Of a stretch of DNA of 64,000 nucleotides, positions 26,794-34,902 are shown in pieces. This stretch comes from a virus: the IMG/VR virus record IMGVR_UViG_3300028766_000004, positions 24,969 through 88,968 of that record; one strand, written 5' to 3'. Under the pieces are notes generated by a model, which searched no databases, was not told the origin of the DNA, and saw nothing but the letters and a program-made list of their open reading frames with translations. The stretch's first letter is position 1, and each line of letters opens with the position of its first letter. Both the position numbers and the translations under genes were made by a program.

Positions 26794-29700
26794 TTACACG
26801 CCTAAAAAGGTAGTGTGATTAAGCATGTGGGGTTTGTGTTTCTTTATTACTGCCTTAAGCTTCTTCTTGAAGGTTGATGTTCCCTTTGGTCCCAACAGCC
26901 ATTTGTAAAGACTAATACGGTTTTTAAAGTTCAACTCATGAACATGTGAACCATTCTTAACATAATCCATAGCACCTATACGGTTCTCAGTTTTAGTGTA
27001 TCCGCTATATCCACTGCCTGCTTCAAACGTCGCACCGTAATTGTCATTGGAATAGGCTAGGGTGTCGGTACGAGCTAGCAGCTCGGGGCGGAATATAAAC
27101 CCATTAGAACCTTTGCTGCTATCGTTTTCTAATTCTTGTCCTTTTGGAACACATTTACTACCGTTCTGCAGATTATTAAATACGTATGCTGCACCACCGC
27201 TAGATTGATCTGTGGTGGAACTCATACCATCAACCTTGAATCCCATCTGGTGCCTAGCCTCAGTGGATAGCATACCCAAATTAACCATGTTTGTTACAGC
27301 ATCAATATCAGAATCATTACTACCAGTAATACCGTGCGACGTTATTGGAACTGTATCCGACTCTTGGAGATGGTCAAGAACCCAAGGATTCAAGAAATAA
27401 TGATATCCAGTGTTATCATCCCACTGCGGCATTGGGTTGTAATTCTTCAATTCATCTGGAGACTTTCCGTATACCTCTGTAGCTAGTTCTTTTAGCGCCT
27501 TTATTTTGTCGGGGCCATTCTCCATAGCTGTTACTTTTTTCCATTTTTTTGCATTAGAGACGTCTCCCTTATTATGAAAAATGGAGCGAGTGAGGTACAA
27601 ACACTCAATATCATCATGATTGGATAAGCGGTGATCTAATCCCATATCCTTAAGGGTATGACGGAGTTGATGCATAGATTCGAGATTACCATCCCACTTG
27701 TGCATGTCAATCATCAAAGAACCCTGTTGGCTTCTATAGTTGTTCTGCCCGTGCAGCTGTGTTGAATAATGTGGGTAGTAACGAACCTCAATGTTCCCCG
27801 GCAAACTCTTGCTAAACATTGTTCCGTAGTTTGCTTGTTCTTTGTATGTGGCCTTCTTCTCGCCTTTCGTCCTAATTAAACCACCCGTAGCAGGGTCGTA
27901 TTCAAACTTCGGGAACGAAGCCCAAGGCTTATTGGTTTTGGATACACTGGTAGACTTAACATCATATCCGTCTTTTCCTGCCCACTTGCCGTACATCTTA
28001 GAAGCAGTTTTACCGCCGGTCTTTACTGCTTGCATTACATGTGTTGCAATCTGGTGATAATGGTTGGCAACGTCTAGAGAAAGAGCGATAGGGTTATTGA
28101 AGTTGTCTTTATTGATGTTGGTCGACTGAAACTTCATAGCCAAATCACCAATATCAAGCAACGGTTCATTCGGGTCGAACTTATCGAGCCCTTGGAACAT
28201 TTTGGCGAATTCGTTCATCTTGGTTTCGTTTGGATTCCCATCTGGGTTCTTTCCACCGTTCTTACAGTGATTATTAACTGTTTTGGCTGCAGAAATTACA
28301 ATATCGCCAGCTGTGTCTTTAGGCAACGGTCCAAGCTGGTGTATGTATTCAACTTGTTGGTCTACGACCGTGTCGAACCAACCCAATATTTTCGCTTCCG
28401 AACCTGCGAGAACCTTACCAGATGCTGTTAATCCCTTATTACCGTCTTTCCAATCATAGGTAGTGAACAACATGTTCATATCTTCAATGTCGCCGCCGCC
28501 GAGCATGATCGCCTTACCACTTGCCTTTGCATCTACAACATGGGCATGGAATGTAGCATCGATATTCTGGAATGCATCCGGTTGGTGTGTTTCGGATGCC
28601 GGAAGTTCTTCTTGTTCTGCTTGGCTATAAGAACCGTGTTTGGCATCGTATTCAGTGGCAATACCAGCCGATGCATATAGCTTTTTGAAATCCTTGAGCA
28701 GGTCTTCTTTACGCTGAACACCGAGGTTAACAAAATCATGCTGTTTGTTACCCCAAGCTGCAGAATGAGCTGCGTACGGGAATAACATCTTAGTCCATGC
28801 CAACGGAGTAAGATTCTTCATGTTATGTTCGATGAAGTTCTGGACAGGTGCCCAATCCAGCTTGATATCACCAGCTTTAGCAGCTTCTAACATCAGGTTG
28901 TAAATCTGAGCTAACTTTTTATGATTAACGTTTGGGTCGTACGTTAAATCAAGCTTATCTTGTTTGTAAAACTTGAAAGCTTGTCCCTTATCAACACCAA
29001 TAATTTTGCCATCGTTCAAAACAACAAACTGCTCTTGGTGAGCATCGTTGTTTCCGAGGAGCCAATCCACTACATGTTCTTGTTGAAAGCGTTCAATAAT
29101 TTCTTTCGGTACACTTGCCCAACCCTTCTTGATAAGGTGTCCAATATCTTTATGCTTAACATTTGGCATAACGCGCTGTACAGAACCTACAGCGTTACTA
29201 CCAGCATAATGACCACCTGAGCCGGATGGAATTTTAACAGTAATCGGTTTCGAACCAAATTCGGCTGTGGGGAGGCCTGTAGCTTGAGCAACTTTACAAG
29301 CGATGATATCAGCCCATGCACGTTGAGGTTCTTCAGCCAGATACGGCTTGAACAGGTATTGATGACCATCGCCCGGGTCGAGAATGTATTTTGTATGAAT
29401 ACCGCCAAACCCAAAATTATCGGCAGTTCCCATAACCTTGAATTTTTTGGGGTCGGAGAACAGGTTGGCAATGTCGTCTTCATCGATAGATTCAGGCGCT
29501 GGCGTCGGTGTTTTCTTTGCTTCAGGATTAATCTTGTCTTCAGGGATTGTAAATGATGGTCCAGTTTTCTTTGGCGCAGCTGGCTTATCCTTCGGTGGTG
29601 GAGGAACCATTTGCGCTGCTGGCGCTGGAACGGCAGGTTGCGGGTACTTAAAAATCTGGTCGGTTGTATCGTGAATAACAGAACCGTGAACATTGGCAAC

Positions 29701-30831
29701 TTCTGTATAGTTAAGATCAGCTCCCCATACATTCTTCTGTGGTTTAGGTACAGAAGGTGTAGAACCAGTTTCCTTCTTAATCTCAGCCATCAAGCTGTCT
29801 AATTCATCTTCATCGATTTTTTCATCAGTGGTTTGAAGTGGGAAGCTATTTTTATACCATGCTTCCGGCATGATGAATGGTTCTTTCTTCGACTTCTTTT
29901 TGTGGTACTTGGGGAACGGAACATCCGGTGCTCCCTGTTCCTTCAATGTTTTCAAATCATTAAGAAGGTTTTGCATCGCCTTATAATGAGTTCCATCACT
30001 ATATCCACTAGCGCTAACCTGTTCCACAAGCAACTTGAACGGTACGACAGCTATGGGGTTTAGGCTTTCTAATAGCGCTTTCTGTTCCTTAGTCATATCC
30101 GACTTATTCTTCGGATAAGTACCATCTGCATTAACGAACTGATCTTTATTGTTCTGAAATGCAAATATTTCACTCGTACGCTGCAATTTGAACCACAAGT
30201 GTTGAAGATCGTAAAACTGTCCCAGCTGCACGTCGTTCAAATGCTTGTAGTGTACTGGCTGGCCTTTTTCGTCTGTGTTGTGATCTTCTTTCTCGTCTTG
30301 ACGATTCTCTGCATCACCCTTGCGAATGTGCATCAAACTCTTGGGTTTGTAAGACTCTACTTTTCCGTTCTGTAGCTGCACGTTAATGAGTAGTCCGGCG
30401 TGACTAACGTCGTCTCGAATACCAACAACAACTCCAACTAGGAATTGTTGATCGTGCATATGGGAATAACGAACAAAAACTTGGTCGCCGTATTGATACG
30501 ATGTGTAGTGTTCGTTAACACTAGATAATGGCTGGCCGGGTTTCATAACCTTCGGATGGATGCCAAGATGTCCAGTCGAAGCCGGTGTTAATCCGTTTTC
30601 TTTGTAATACTGTTCCGTCAATTCTTCAGGCTTCTTGGTCACCTTGTTGTGGTACGAATCAACGTGAACCATTTTGCCATTCACAATTTTGTAATACGAA
30701 TGAACGAAAGCCTTTTTCATCGGAAGGACGACGAAAGCCGCCTGCCCCAGAGGTGTATCGTGCAGGGTCGCTTTATCCATTTCCTTAATCTCGTTTGGAC
30801 TGTAAATGTCGAATTGGTTGGATTTTATCAT
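26794..30831 (-). CDS. Large polyvalent protein: HipA/PI3-4K-like kinase plus C-terminal ADP-ribosyltransferase-like domain
   Basis: GGIHTKY..YLFKP, GSVQR, DWLLGNNDAH, GVDKGQAF (kinase); SHGIT..GMLSTEAR..GGAAYVF..HELNFK (H-Y-E ART-like). Confidence 0.7.
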   Translation of the reverse strand: MIKSNQFDIYSPNEIKEMDKATLHDTPLGQAAFVVLPMKKAFVHSYYKIVNGKMVHVDSYHNKVTKKPEELTEQYYKENGLTPASTGHLGIHPKVMKPGQPLSSVNEHYTSYQYGDQVFVRYSHMHDQQFLVGVVVGIRDDVSHAGLLINVQLQNGKVESYKPKSLMHIRKGDAENRQDEKEDHNTDEKGQPVHYKHLNDVQLGQFYDLQHLWFKLQRTSEIFAFQNNKDQFVNADGTYPKNKSDMTKEQKALLESLNPIAVVPFKLLVEQVSASGYSDGTHYKAMQNLLNDLKTLKEQGAPDVPFPKYHKKKSKKEPFIMPEAWYKNSFPLQTTDEKIDEDELDSLMAEIKKETGSTPSVPKPQKNVWGADLNYTEVANVHGSVIHDTTDQIFKYPQPAVPAPAAQMVPPPPKDKPAAPKKTGPSFTIPEDKINPEAKKTPTPAPESIDEDDIANLFSDPKKFKVMGTADNFGFGGIHTKYILDPGDGHQYLFKPYLAEEPQRAWADIIACKVAQATGLPTAEFGSKPITVKIPSGSGGHYAGSNAVGSVQRVMPNVKHKDIGHLIKKGWASVPKEIIERFQQEHVVDWLLGNNDAHQEQFVVLNDGKIIGVDKGQAFKFYKQDKLDLTYDPNVNHKKLAQIYNLMLEAAKAGDIKLDWAPVQNFIEHNMKNLTPLAWTKMLFPYAAHSAAWGNKQHDFVNLGVQRKEDLLKDFKKLYASAGIATEYDAKHGSYSQAEQEELPASETHQPDAFQNIDATFHAHVVDAKASGKAIMLGGGDIEDMNMLFTTYDWKDGNKGLTASGKVLAGSEAKILGWFDTVVDQQVEYIHQLGPLPKDTAGDIVISAAKTVNNHCKNGGKNPDGNPNETKMNEFAKMFQGLDKFDPNEPLLDIGDLAMKFQSTNINKDNFNNPIALSLDVANHYHQIATHVMQAVKTGGKTASKMYGKWAGKDGYDVKSTSVSKTNKPWASFPKFEYDPATGGLIRTKGEKKATYKEQANYGTMFSKSLPGNIEVRYYPHYSTQLHGQNNYRSQQGSLMIDMHKWDGNLESMHQLRHTLKDMGLDHRLSNHDDIECLYLTRSIFHNKGDVSNAKKWKKVTAMENGPDKIKALKELATEVYGKSPDELKNYNPMPQWDDNTGYHYFLNPWVLDHLQESDTVPITSHGITGSNDSDIDAVTNMVNLGMLSTEARHQMGFKVDGMSSTTDQSSGGAAYVFNNLQNGSKCVPKGQELENDSSKGSNGFIFRPELLARTDTLAYSNDNYGATFEAGSGYSGYTKTENRIGAMDYVKNGSHVHELNFKNRISLYKWLLGPKGTSTFKKKLKAVIKKHKPHMLNHTTFLGV

Positions 30832-30837
30832 TAGACA

Positions 30838-31254
30838 TTACGAGGTGCGTGGAACTGCACCCACCCTCTCGTTGGCTTTAAGCCATAATTGTTCGTATAG
30901 TGTGTTTACAAGGTGTGGTTGGCAATCATCCTTGTATTCTATTTTTCCATCCTTCACATCCAAATGATGGTCGTTCTTTGCCAGTTTCTCGAATTCCCGT
31001 TTAAAGGCTTCAGGATTGTTTTTTTCTCCGTCTTCGCCATGGCTTACATCCAGTTTGTTCAAGAGCATATGATGATTAACGGCGTTAACGGCAGACCGCA
31101 AAAACGACATGTATTTATCGCCTTTCTTGCCTTTATAATTATCTTGGATGTGTTGGGTTAGCAAGGTGTGAAATTTTAACGGATGCTCGTGTTGATAATC
31201 GGGGGTAAACCCTTTTATACCAACTAACCCTGCAATATGTATACCATGTATCAT
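30838..31254 (-). CDS. Hypothetical protein
   Basis: 138-aa ORF, tightly packed. Confidence 0.55.
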   Translation of the reverse strand: MIHGIHIAGLVGIKGFTPDYQHEHPLKFHTLLTQHIQDNYKGKKGDKYMSFLRSAVNAVNHHMLLNKLDVSHGEDGEKNNPEAFKREFEKLAKNDHHLDVKDGKIEYKDDCQPHLVNTLYEQLWLKANERVGAVPRTS

Positions 31255-31258
31255 ATAT

Positions 31259-34200
31259 TTACCCCTTAAATATAAACTTCACACCTTCATTTTTTTTGTC
31301 TATAAACACAAACGATTTATATCCCATATCATCTTCTTGCTCTTTTTCAAGTTTAGCAATTTGTTCAGCTGGAGTTAATTCTTTAGGATCGGTTTCCTCA
31401 GGATTCGATTCTTCGTCGAATATGAGCGGCTCTGGTTCTTCAACTCCAACTGCTTTTTGTTTTTCATGATACCATTGTTTAACTTTTTTCCGCCATGCTT
31501 GTTTGGCCGCTTCTTCTGTCTCTATATCACCGCCAATATGGCTATTCCAATCAATAGAATCTGGAGGTGTGTGATAAAAAAGACCGTGCATAAAATCAAT
31601 CTTTCTTTCACCCTTACGTCTTAATGTACCCGGCCCGGCCAAACTTCCACCTCCACCGTAATGTCTATTCGAGTCGGCAATGAAGTCGAACATTTTTCTA
31701 TCTTCATGAGATACATATGGATTGTCGTCAACAAGTGCATCTCCAAGTGCTTTCAGCGGATCGAAACCATCTGCTTCTCCAAGAACCTTCTTTGCGTTTT
31801 GGTCAAGCGTCTCTTCATCTACGTCGTTTTTTTTGTTAATTTTTGGCTTCTTTCTACGGATCAAAGAATTAAGTTCTTCAAATTCCTCTTCTCTAGATAG
31901 CACATCTTCACGAGTCTGAGGATTTACGTGATATTTGCTGAATTGAAGAGCGGTTATAACAACTTTATTCGCATTCATTCGTGCAACATTTTTGCTCGCC
32001 TCTTCCTCTGTTGCGCCGTTTTTCATTTCTTCTTTAATCTGTTCTTGCGACGGTTCAACCAAACCTACAATAAATTTCCATTTACGCTGTGCAGTATCTC
32101 CTTTAGCTCCAGTTTTTGCAGCGTGTAACCACTTAGGTATATCATCGTGATTGGCTCCGTTTTTCTTCGAAAATTGTTTTATAAGTTCTTCTAAACGGTT
32201 TGTAAAATCGCCATCTTCTACGTATTTAATCATCCTATCGTTGGCTACATGGACTAATCCATTGGGATTCCCGTCTGAACCAAACAACGTAGAGAACGAT
32301 CCTTTTTGAACAAGCTTTTGCATTGCTGCGGCGTTAGGTGGTTGGTAGTCTTGATGATTCTTATTATATATTCCATCCAACACCTGGTCTTCTTTCCAAT
32401 GATCCCCAATGTCTTGATCTTTTTCTTGTAGACCATCATCGAAACTTAACGCTTCTTCACCAGATTCTGGTGTTTCATCCTCAAGACTATTTTGTGTTTC
32501 ATCACTATTTTCATATTCATCATCTTTATTGTAATCTTTAGACTGCTGTAAATCTGATACATCTAAATTTTCACCGTCATCTGTCTTGTGATCGGTGCTA
32601 ACCGTTTTGATTCCTTTTTGTTGAGCAGCTAATTCTGCGAGTTTTTCTTCTTTTTTTGATATTTCGTCTTTTAATTCCTTATATTTGCCAATCCCAGGAA
32701 GTCCACTCTCAAGCTTTTTCAATTTGTCTTGAATCTGCTTAACATTATCCAAAGATGGGTTAAGTTCTGCCTCTATTGCATCTTTTTGGTCGAAAAGGTC
32801 ATCCAACTTCAAGTCGAGCTTTGGGTCTGCCAGTTCTTGCATGGATTTTATATCTTTAGACATCTTGTATGTTTTAATTTTCAATTCTGTCAGAACATCG
32901 TTATACTTCTCCGGAAGCACTAACGATGTAATGCGCTTTTCAGCAAGATTTAAATTATGTTCCGTTTCGTCTTGGTCTTGGTCTTCGATTCCATCTACAG
33001 CTACCGTTAGTCTTTGGAGGATGTATCTAATTACATCTTTCTGACTTTTTGTAAGGTCTGTTGCTTTATCTAGCGTTTCAACTATATCGTAAACATCGCT
33101 TCCATTTTGCTGAGCGTTAGCCTTATGTTTCTGAATTTCTCCATCAATGTCTTCAGGTGTGAGACGAGAGATGTCGTGTTTCAACGCTTCAAACTTCGAC
33201 CCAAGTTCATCCGCCTTCTTCGTATGTCCTAATAATTCTCCATGCGCAACATCGTATTGATCGTACGGATTCTGAGAAATCTCCTTTAATTTACCCATAT
33301 TTACTAGTTGTTCTCTAAGTCCAATCATGGTTGGAGCTTCAGCTATCTTATTACCACTGTGATCAGAAATAGAATAAGTATAGCCACCATTCTGGTTTTG
33401 AACAAGCTGGTTAAAGACTGCTCCAATTCCAGTAGCAACGTCCTTCATATTCTGCATCGTTGTTACGTTATTTAGGTCTGGAACCTCATAAACACCTTCC
33501 TTCTGTACACCGGCTTGTTTCAGACCACCCACGCTCTCAATTTTATCCCTGAGGTCTTTCATTGTTGGAGCTTCAGCTATTTTATTACCACTGTGATCGG
33601 AAATAGAATAAGTGTAGCTACCGTCCTGGTTTTTAATCGGATCGTCGAGCACACCTCCAATTCCAACAGCCAATTTGTGAACATCAAGCTCCTCTTTTGC
33701 ACTCTTGACTGATCTTGCTTTCACAGATTGCTTTTCATATTCTTTATGGCCTGTTAGCTCACCAAACTTCCTTTTTTCCAGCAAAACACGATTAGCCCAA
33801 GTATCAATCATCTGAAAGTCTGGTATCACACTTTCACGAGTATTCCAATCATATCCCTTGTGATATTCATGCGTATATGGAGTACTTTCTAGTTTCCCTT
33901 CTTCTTTGGCTTTTTCACCCTTCTCATTGAGTTGCAGACTTGGACCCATCTCTTGAATAATTTTTTCGACAACTTCCGGAATTTCGTGCTCTAATGTAAA
34001 TCCAGAACCTTCTGTATTCATGAGTTTTTTTATTGCGGGGAGTTGTTTCACTCTTGCAAATACAATTTTGTTCAAATCTCTTCTAAGGACTTTATTTTCC
34101 TTTTCGTTGAAGTGTTTGAATGGGTTGGCTGATTCAGACACATGCTCTTCTTTTTCGTGATCAGGAAGTTTATGAAAATGGTGATGTTCTAAATATCTTT

Positions 34201-34645
34201 GCTTATGTACTCTTGGAAGCAGGTCTTTGAGTCCCATGTGTGCCTCATCCTTTTCAGAAGGCTCAGGAACAGGAGCTGATTCAATCTTCGGTGGTACTGA
34301 ATGGTCCCAATCCGCAGGGACTTTTTGCCTGTTAGGTGCGTACTTCGAAAATAATTTAGGAGCCTTTACTTTCTTTTTAGCCGGTGTATTGACTGTGAAT
34401 TTTTCCGGTGTGAATCCGTACTGTTCTTGTGGCCCACCATCTGGTGGCGATGATTGAGCTAAAGTATGTGGAACTGTAAGAATCTCTTTAGGAGCTACGG
34501 GAATCTCTTTAGGAGTTGTGGATGACGAATTATAAGGATGAGATGATTCCAAATCTGATTTTTTGACACTTTTAGTGTTTCTAAGAAAGTTATAATGGAT
34601 TTCGTCCAACGTCATCACTTCAAATTTTGACATTTTCTTCCCCAC
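31259..34645 (-). CDS. Large charged protein, putative head-internal protein
   Basis: 1128 aa; KS sites near both termini; internal duplicated module; located between portal and protease. Confidence 0.6.
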   Translation of the reverse strand: MGKKMSKFEVMTLDEIHYNFLRNTKSVKKSDLESSHPYNSSSTTPKEIPVAPKEILTVPHTLAQSSPPDGGPQEQYGFTPEKFTVNTPAKKKVKAPKLFSKYAPNRQKVPADWDHSVPPKIESAPVPEPSEKDEAHMGLKDLLPRVHKQRYLEHHHFHKLPDHEKEEHVSESANPFKHFNEKENKVLRRDLNKIVFARVKQLPAIKKLMNTEGSGFTLEHEIPEVVEKIIQEMGPSLQLNEKGEKAKEEGKLESTPYTHEYHKGYDWNTRESVIPDFQMIDTWANRVLLEKRKFGELTGHKEYEKQSVKARSVKSAKEELDVHKLAVGIGGVLDDPIKNQDGSYTYSISDHSGNKIAEAPTMKDLRDKIESVGGLKQAGVQKEGVYEVPDLNNVTTMQNMKDVATGIGAVFNQLVQNQNGGYTYSISDHSGNKIAEAPTMIGLREQLVNMGKLKEISQNPYDQYDVAHGELLGHTKKADELGSKFEALKHDISRLTPEDIDGEIQKHKANAQQNGSDVYDIVETLDKATDLTKSQKDVIRYILQRLTVAVDGIEDQDQDETEHNLNLAEKRITSLVLPEKYNDVLTELKIKTYKMSKDIKSMQELADPKLDLKLDDLFDQKDAIEAELNPSLDNVKQIQDKLKKLESGLPGIGKYKELKDEISKKEEKLAELAAQQKGIKTVSTDHKTDDGENLDVSDLQQSKDYNKDDEYENSDETQNSLEDETPESGEEALSFDDGLQEKDQDIGDHWKEDQVLDGIYNKNHQDYQPPNAAAMQKLVQKGSFSTLFGSDGNPNGLVHVANDRMIKYVEDGDFTNRLEELIKQFSKKNGANHDDIPKWLHAAKTGAKGDTAQRKWKFIVGLVEPSQEQIKEEMKNGATEEEASKNVARMNANKVVITALQFSKYHVNPQTREDVLSREEEFEELNSLIRRKKPKINKKNDVDEETLDQNAKKVLGEADGFDPLKALGDALVDDNPYVSHEDRKMFDFIADSNRHYGGGGSLAGPGTLRRKGERKIDFMHGLFYHTPPDSIDWNSHIGGDIETEEAAKQAWRKKVKQWYHEKQKAVGVEEPEPLIFDEESNPEETDPKELTPAEQIAKLEKEQEDDMGYKSFVFIDKKNEGVKFIFKG

Positions 34646-34725
34646 AATCCGTCAATCGAACAGAACACAGCCCAACCTATATTTAAATCTATTTTTAGCT
34701 ATATGTCTAGGAATATACAGACGGA

Positions 34726-34902
34726 TTACTTTCTAATAGACACACGATATTCATGTCCAAATTTGGACATATCAGTCGCCTGTTGTCTACATATCGGAGA
34801 ACAAAACCTCTCATCCTTATTCATCTCTCTTTTTTTACCACATATATTGCATGTCCTAACTACTAATTTCTTTTCATACAAGTTCTTTATCTTCACACTC
34901 AT
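34726..34902 (-). CDS. Small Zn-finger protein (58 aa, not in ORF track)
   Basis: MSVKIKNLYEKKLVVRTCNICGKKREMNKDERFCSPICR...; ATGA overlap with portal stop. Confidence 0.65.
   Translation of the reverse strand: MSVKIKNLYEKKLVVRTCNICGKKREMNKDERFCSPICRQQATDMSKFGHEYRVSIRK

Noticed and set aside
34737-34790. 18-bp palindrome ATGTCCAAATTTGGACAT in an apparent intergenic gap as an ncRNA or operator
   Set aside because: The gap holds a 58-aa Zn-finger ORF and no second copy of the palindrome was seen
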